A DNA stretch of 64,000 bases, taken from Squalus acanthias (Eukaryota). Each line of letters opens with the position of its first letter. The stretch's first letter is position 1. A model generated the notes under the pieces. It did no database searches. It worked only from the letters and a program-made list of their open reading frames with translations, and had not been told where the DNA came from. Location: NCBI GenBank assembly GCA_030390025.1, contig CM059432.1:77068001-77132000 (forward strand), read 5' to 3'. This document shows, piece by piece, positions 61,521-64,000 of this stretch. The translations under genes and the position numbers were made by a program.

Positions 61521-62500
61521 TTTATTTGCTGGATGATGCTTCATATTACAGATATAACTTTTAGGCAACATTACTACTGACCATCACTGCTTTGGTAGCG
61601 TACGCAGTAGTCCATTTCATTTCCATTCAACAGCTTCCAATAGTCAACAAATTCAGCATCTCAGTTGTTCAAACTATGTAGCAGAATAGCAGAAATCCTG
61701 TGATTAAATCACAGAACCACAGGAGCCTGACACATCAGTTGCTGTCTTACCTGACACTAATCATTGGTTGAAAACAAACCCCTCGTCAATTAGGGAATGA
61801 AATCACACACACATTTGTACATATTTCTGAGGTTCCATTGGCAGTGCAAAGCCTCAATGGCCGAGTGCATGTGTCGCAAATTGGGCGTGCAATCCAGGGC
61901 ACCTGATTTGCAGTGCACTGCATTTTGCAATACACAAAATAGTCAGCTTTTTGCAGGTTTAAAAATATATACTGGGTGCCATGCTACATCTTTCTTGCTG
62001 GCAGCACTGCTCGCCCACTGAAATCTGAGCAGAAAGTGTATGGATGGCCTGGCTTCTTAAAGATCAGTGGCATTTTTTATTTTTTGGCTTGAAAGCTATT
62101 TTTTTTGTTTAGTATATTGTTTTATCTGAATTTTTATTAGTTCATTACTTTTTGTTGCTGTTTAGGTCTGATTTTTTTGCATTTCCAGAATGTTATTTCC
62201 CAGTGCATTTCTTACATTGACTTGTTTCTAGCTGTTCCTTTGCTGTAGCAACTAAAAGGCCAGAATGCAAATTCCTTTGGGAGTTCTAATGAAGCTCTTA
62301 AAATATGAAAGACGAACAGCAATTTTTCTACACCTCCCTCCCGCCAAGCCTCGGTAAAGGTTGACAAATATTTAAAATTCATTTTCAACCTTCGTAATGG
62401 CTGAAACAATATTTAGTCCCCAAATGCAGGAACTTACCTTTAAGAGGCCAGTTTACTTTAGTTTTGAGTTACAAGAAAGGTTTTCTAAAGCCCATTAGGC

Positions 62501-62995
62501 CAGGGATGTCCAACCTTTTGGTGTTGGGGGCTAGATACATGTGGTAAACCAGTAAGGGGGCTGCAATTTATTATACAATAATGACTCCCCATATAGATTA
62601 ATGTGAACACCGCACCCCCTATACAGACTGAAAGCAAGACCCACTTGCACACAAAGTGAGATCTCCCACATACACTAAAAATGCAGGGCCTCCCTATTTG
62701 CTTTTTGCCCCATCATTCTCCTTCCCCCTTGCCATCCCTCAAAAACCTGAAAACTTACTTGAAAGCTTCAACTCTTTAAAGTTCCTGGATTTGGAGGACT
62801 GGAAAAGACTCTTCATTGATTGATGGATTTTGACCCAATCAGAGAGAAGCTTTTTCCAGTCATTCAAGCATGGGAACTTTAAAGAGCTGAAACAGGGTAA
62901 GATGACAGACAGGAACCAACAGGAGCTTTGCAAACTGGATAAAAAGGAGCTTGTGGATCATAAACGACCTGAGAGCTGCCTGTTGGACATCCCTG
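62501..62995. mobile_element. hAT-superfamily MITE
   Basis: Perfect 14-bp TIRs CAGGGATGTCCAAC / GTTGGACATCCCTG and perfect 8-bp TSD CATTAGGC (62493-62500 and 62996-63003). Confidence 0.92.
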
Positions 62996-63019
62996 CATTA
63001 GGCTAGTTGGCATGTTACC

Positions 63020-63500
63020 TAGTATTTACAGCATAGAAATAGGCCATTCAGCCCAACAGGTCCATGCCGGTGTTTATGCTCCACATGAGCCTCCTTCCAC
63101 CCTTCTTCATCTAACCCCATCAACATATCCTTCTATTCCTTTCTCCCTCATGTGTTTATCTAGCTTCCCCTTAAATGTATCTATGCTAGTTGCCTCAACC
63201 ACTCCTTGTCTACATTCTAACCACTCTCTGGGTAAAGAGGTTTCTCCTGAATTCCCTATTGGATTTATTAGTGACTATCTTATATTTATGGCCCTGGTTC
63301 TGGTCTCGCCCGCAAGTGGCAATATCTTCTCTATATCTAGCCCATCAAACCCTTCCATAATCTTAAAGACCTCTATCAGGTCACCCTTCAGTCTTCTTTT
63401 CTAGAGAAAAAAGCCCCAGCCTGTTCAATCTTTCCTGTTAGGTATAACCTCTCCATTCTGGTATCATCCTAGTAAATCTTTTTTGCACCTTCTCCAGTGT
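63020..63500 (-). mobile_element. CR1 3' fragment
   Basis: GGCCATTCAGCCCAAC 3' UTR, plus CCATAATCTTAAAGACCTCTATCAGGTCACCC (GDLIEVFKIM on minus). Confidence 0.85.
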
Positions 63501-63876
63501 CTTTATATCCTTTTTAAAATATGTTGACGAAGGTCTAGAAATTCATGGCCACCACGAAAGCTGGCAGTGCCAACAGGCCGGGGGTTAATGGCTGCCAAAA
63601 ATGTGGCGCTAGCAGGACTGAAAAATTGGCGCTGGGGACTAATGATTATTAGCCCAGCGCTAAATTCATCGTGTAACGCCCTCCTGGTGACGTTTGTCCC
63701 AGCATCAGGCCCCAATGTGGCATCCACAAGCAGCGTTGCTGCTTCAACAGCCTCTGAAAGCAAGGCTGAGATTTCGCAAAGCATTGTGGGATCTTAAAAG
63801 AGCAATGCATTGTCATCTTCTTAAAAGGGCCTTCTGGAATGATAAATATTTTTACATCATTTTTATTTTTAAGAAA

Positions 63877-64000
63877 GGAGGAAGAGAAAAAACAGGGAAC
63901 GAAAGGCCAGTTAGCCTGACATCAGTAGTAGGCAAAATGCTAGAATCTATTATTAGTTACGTGGTAACAGGGCACTTAGAAAATCATAATATGATTAGGC
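63877..64000 (+). mobile_element. CR1 ORF2 fragment running off the window end
   Basis: GGCCAGTTAGCCTGACATCAGTAGTAGGCAAAATGCTAGAATC encodes RPVSLTSVVGKMLES. Confidence 0.8.

Overview
Vertebrate genomic DNA, most likely a cartilaginous fish (inferred from the repeat families: Deu-domain SINEs, dense CR1, Penelope and Harbinger MITEs). The only host gene I can support is a CYP7B1-like oxysterol/steroid 7-alpha-hydroxylase on the minus strand. Four internal coding exons are present with GT/AG ends and compatible phases: 14320-14453, 10759-11352, 8249-8455 and 2370-2548. Exon 1 and the last (heme-Cys) exon were not found, so the region right of 14453 is probably intron 1 or upstream DNA. That region is dense with nested transposons: several CR1 LINEs (one with a 633-aa open ORF2 segment, one with a 53-bp tandem 5' end), a second LINE family, L2 and Vingi/Ingi-like fragments, PIF/Harbinger and hAT MITEs, and decayed Harbinger Myb/SANT genes. 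Two observations stand out. First, two TSD-flanked Penelope elements each end in a minimal type I hammerhead ribozyme motif. Second, a four-copy MITE family, always inserted inside CR1 copies, consists of a chain of hairpins that keep their pairing while their sequence changes, and it carries clustered splice sites. No prokaryotic-type systems, CRISPR arrays or tRNA/rRNA genes were seen. All family assignments are by eye, with no database search.
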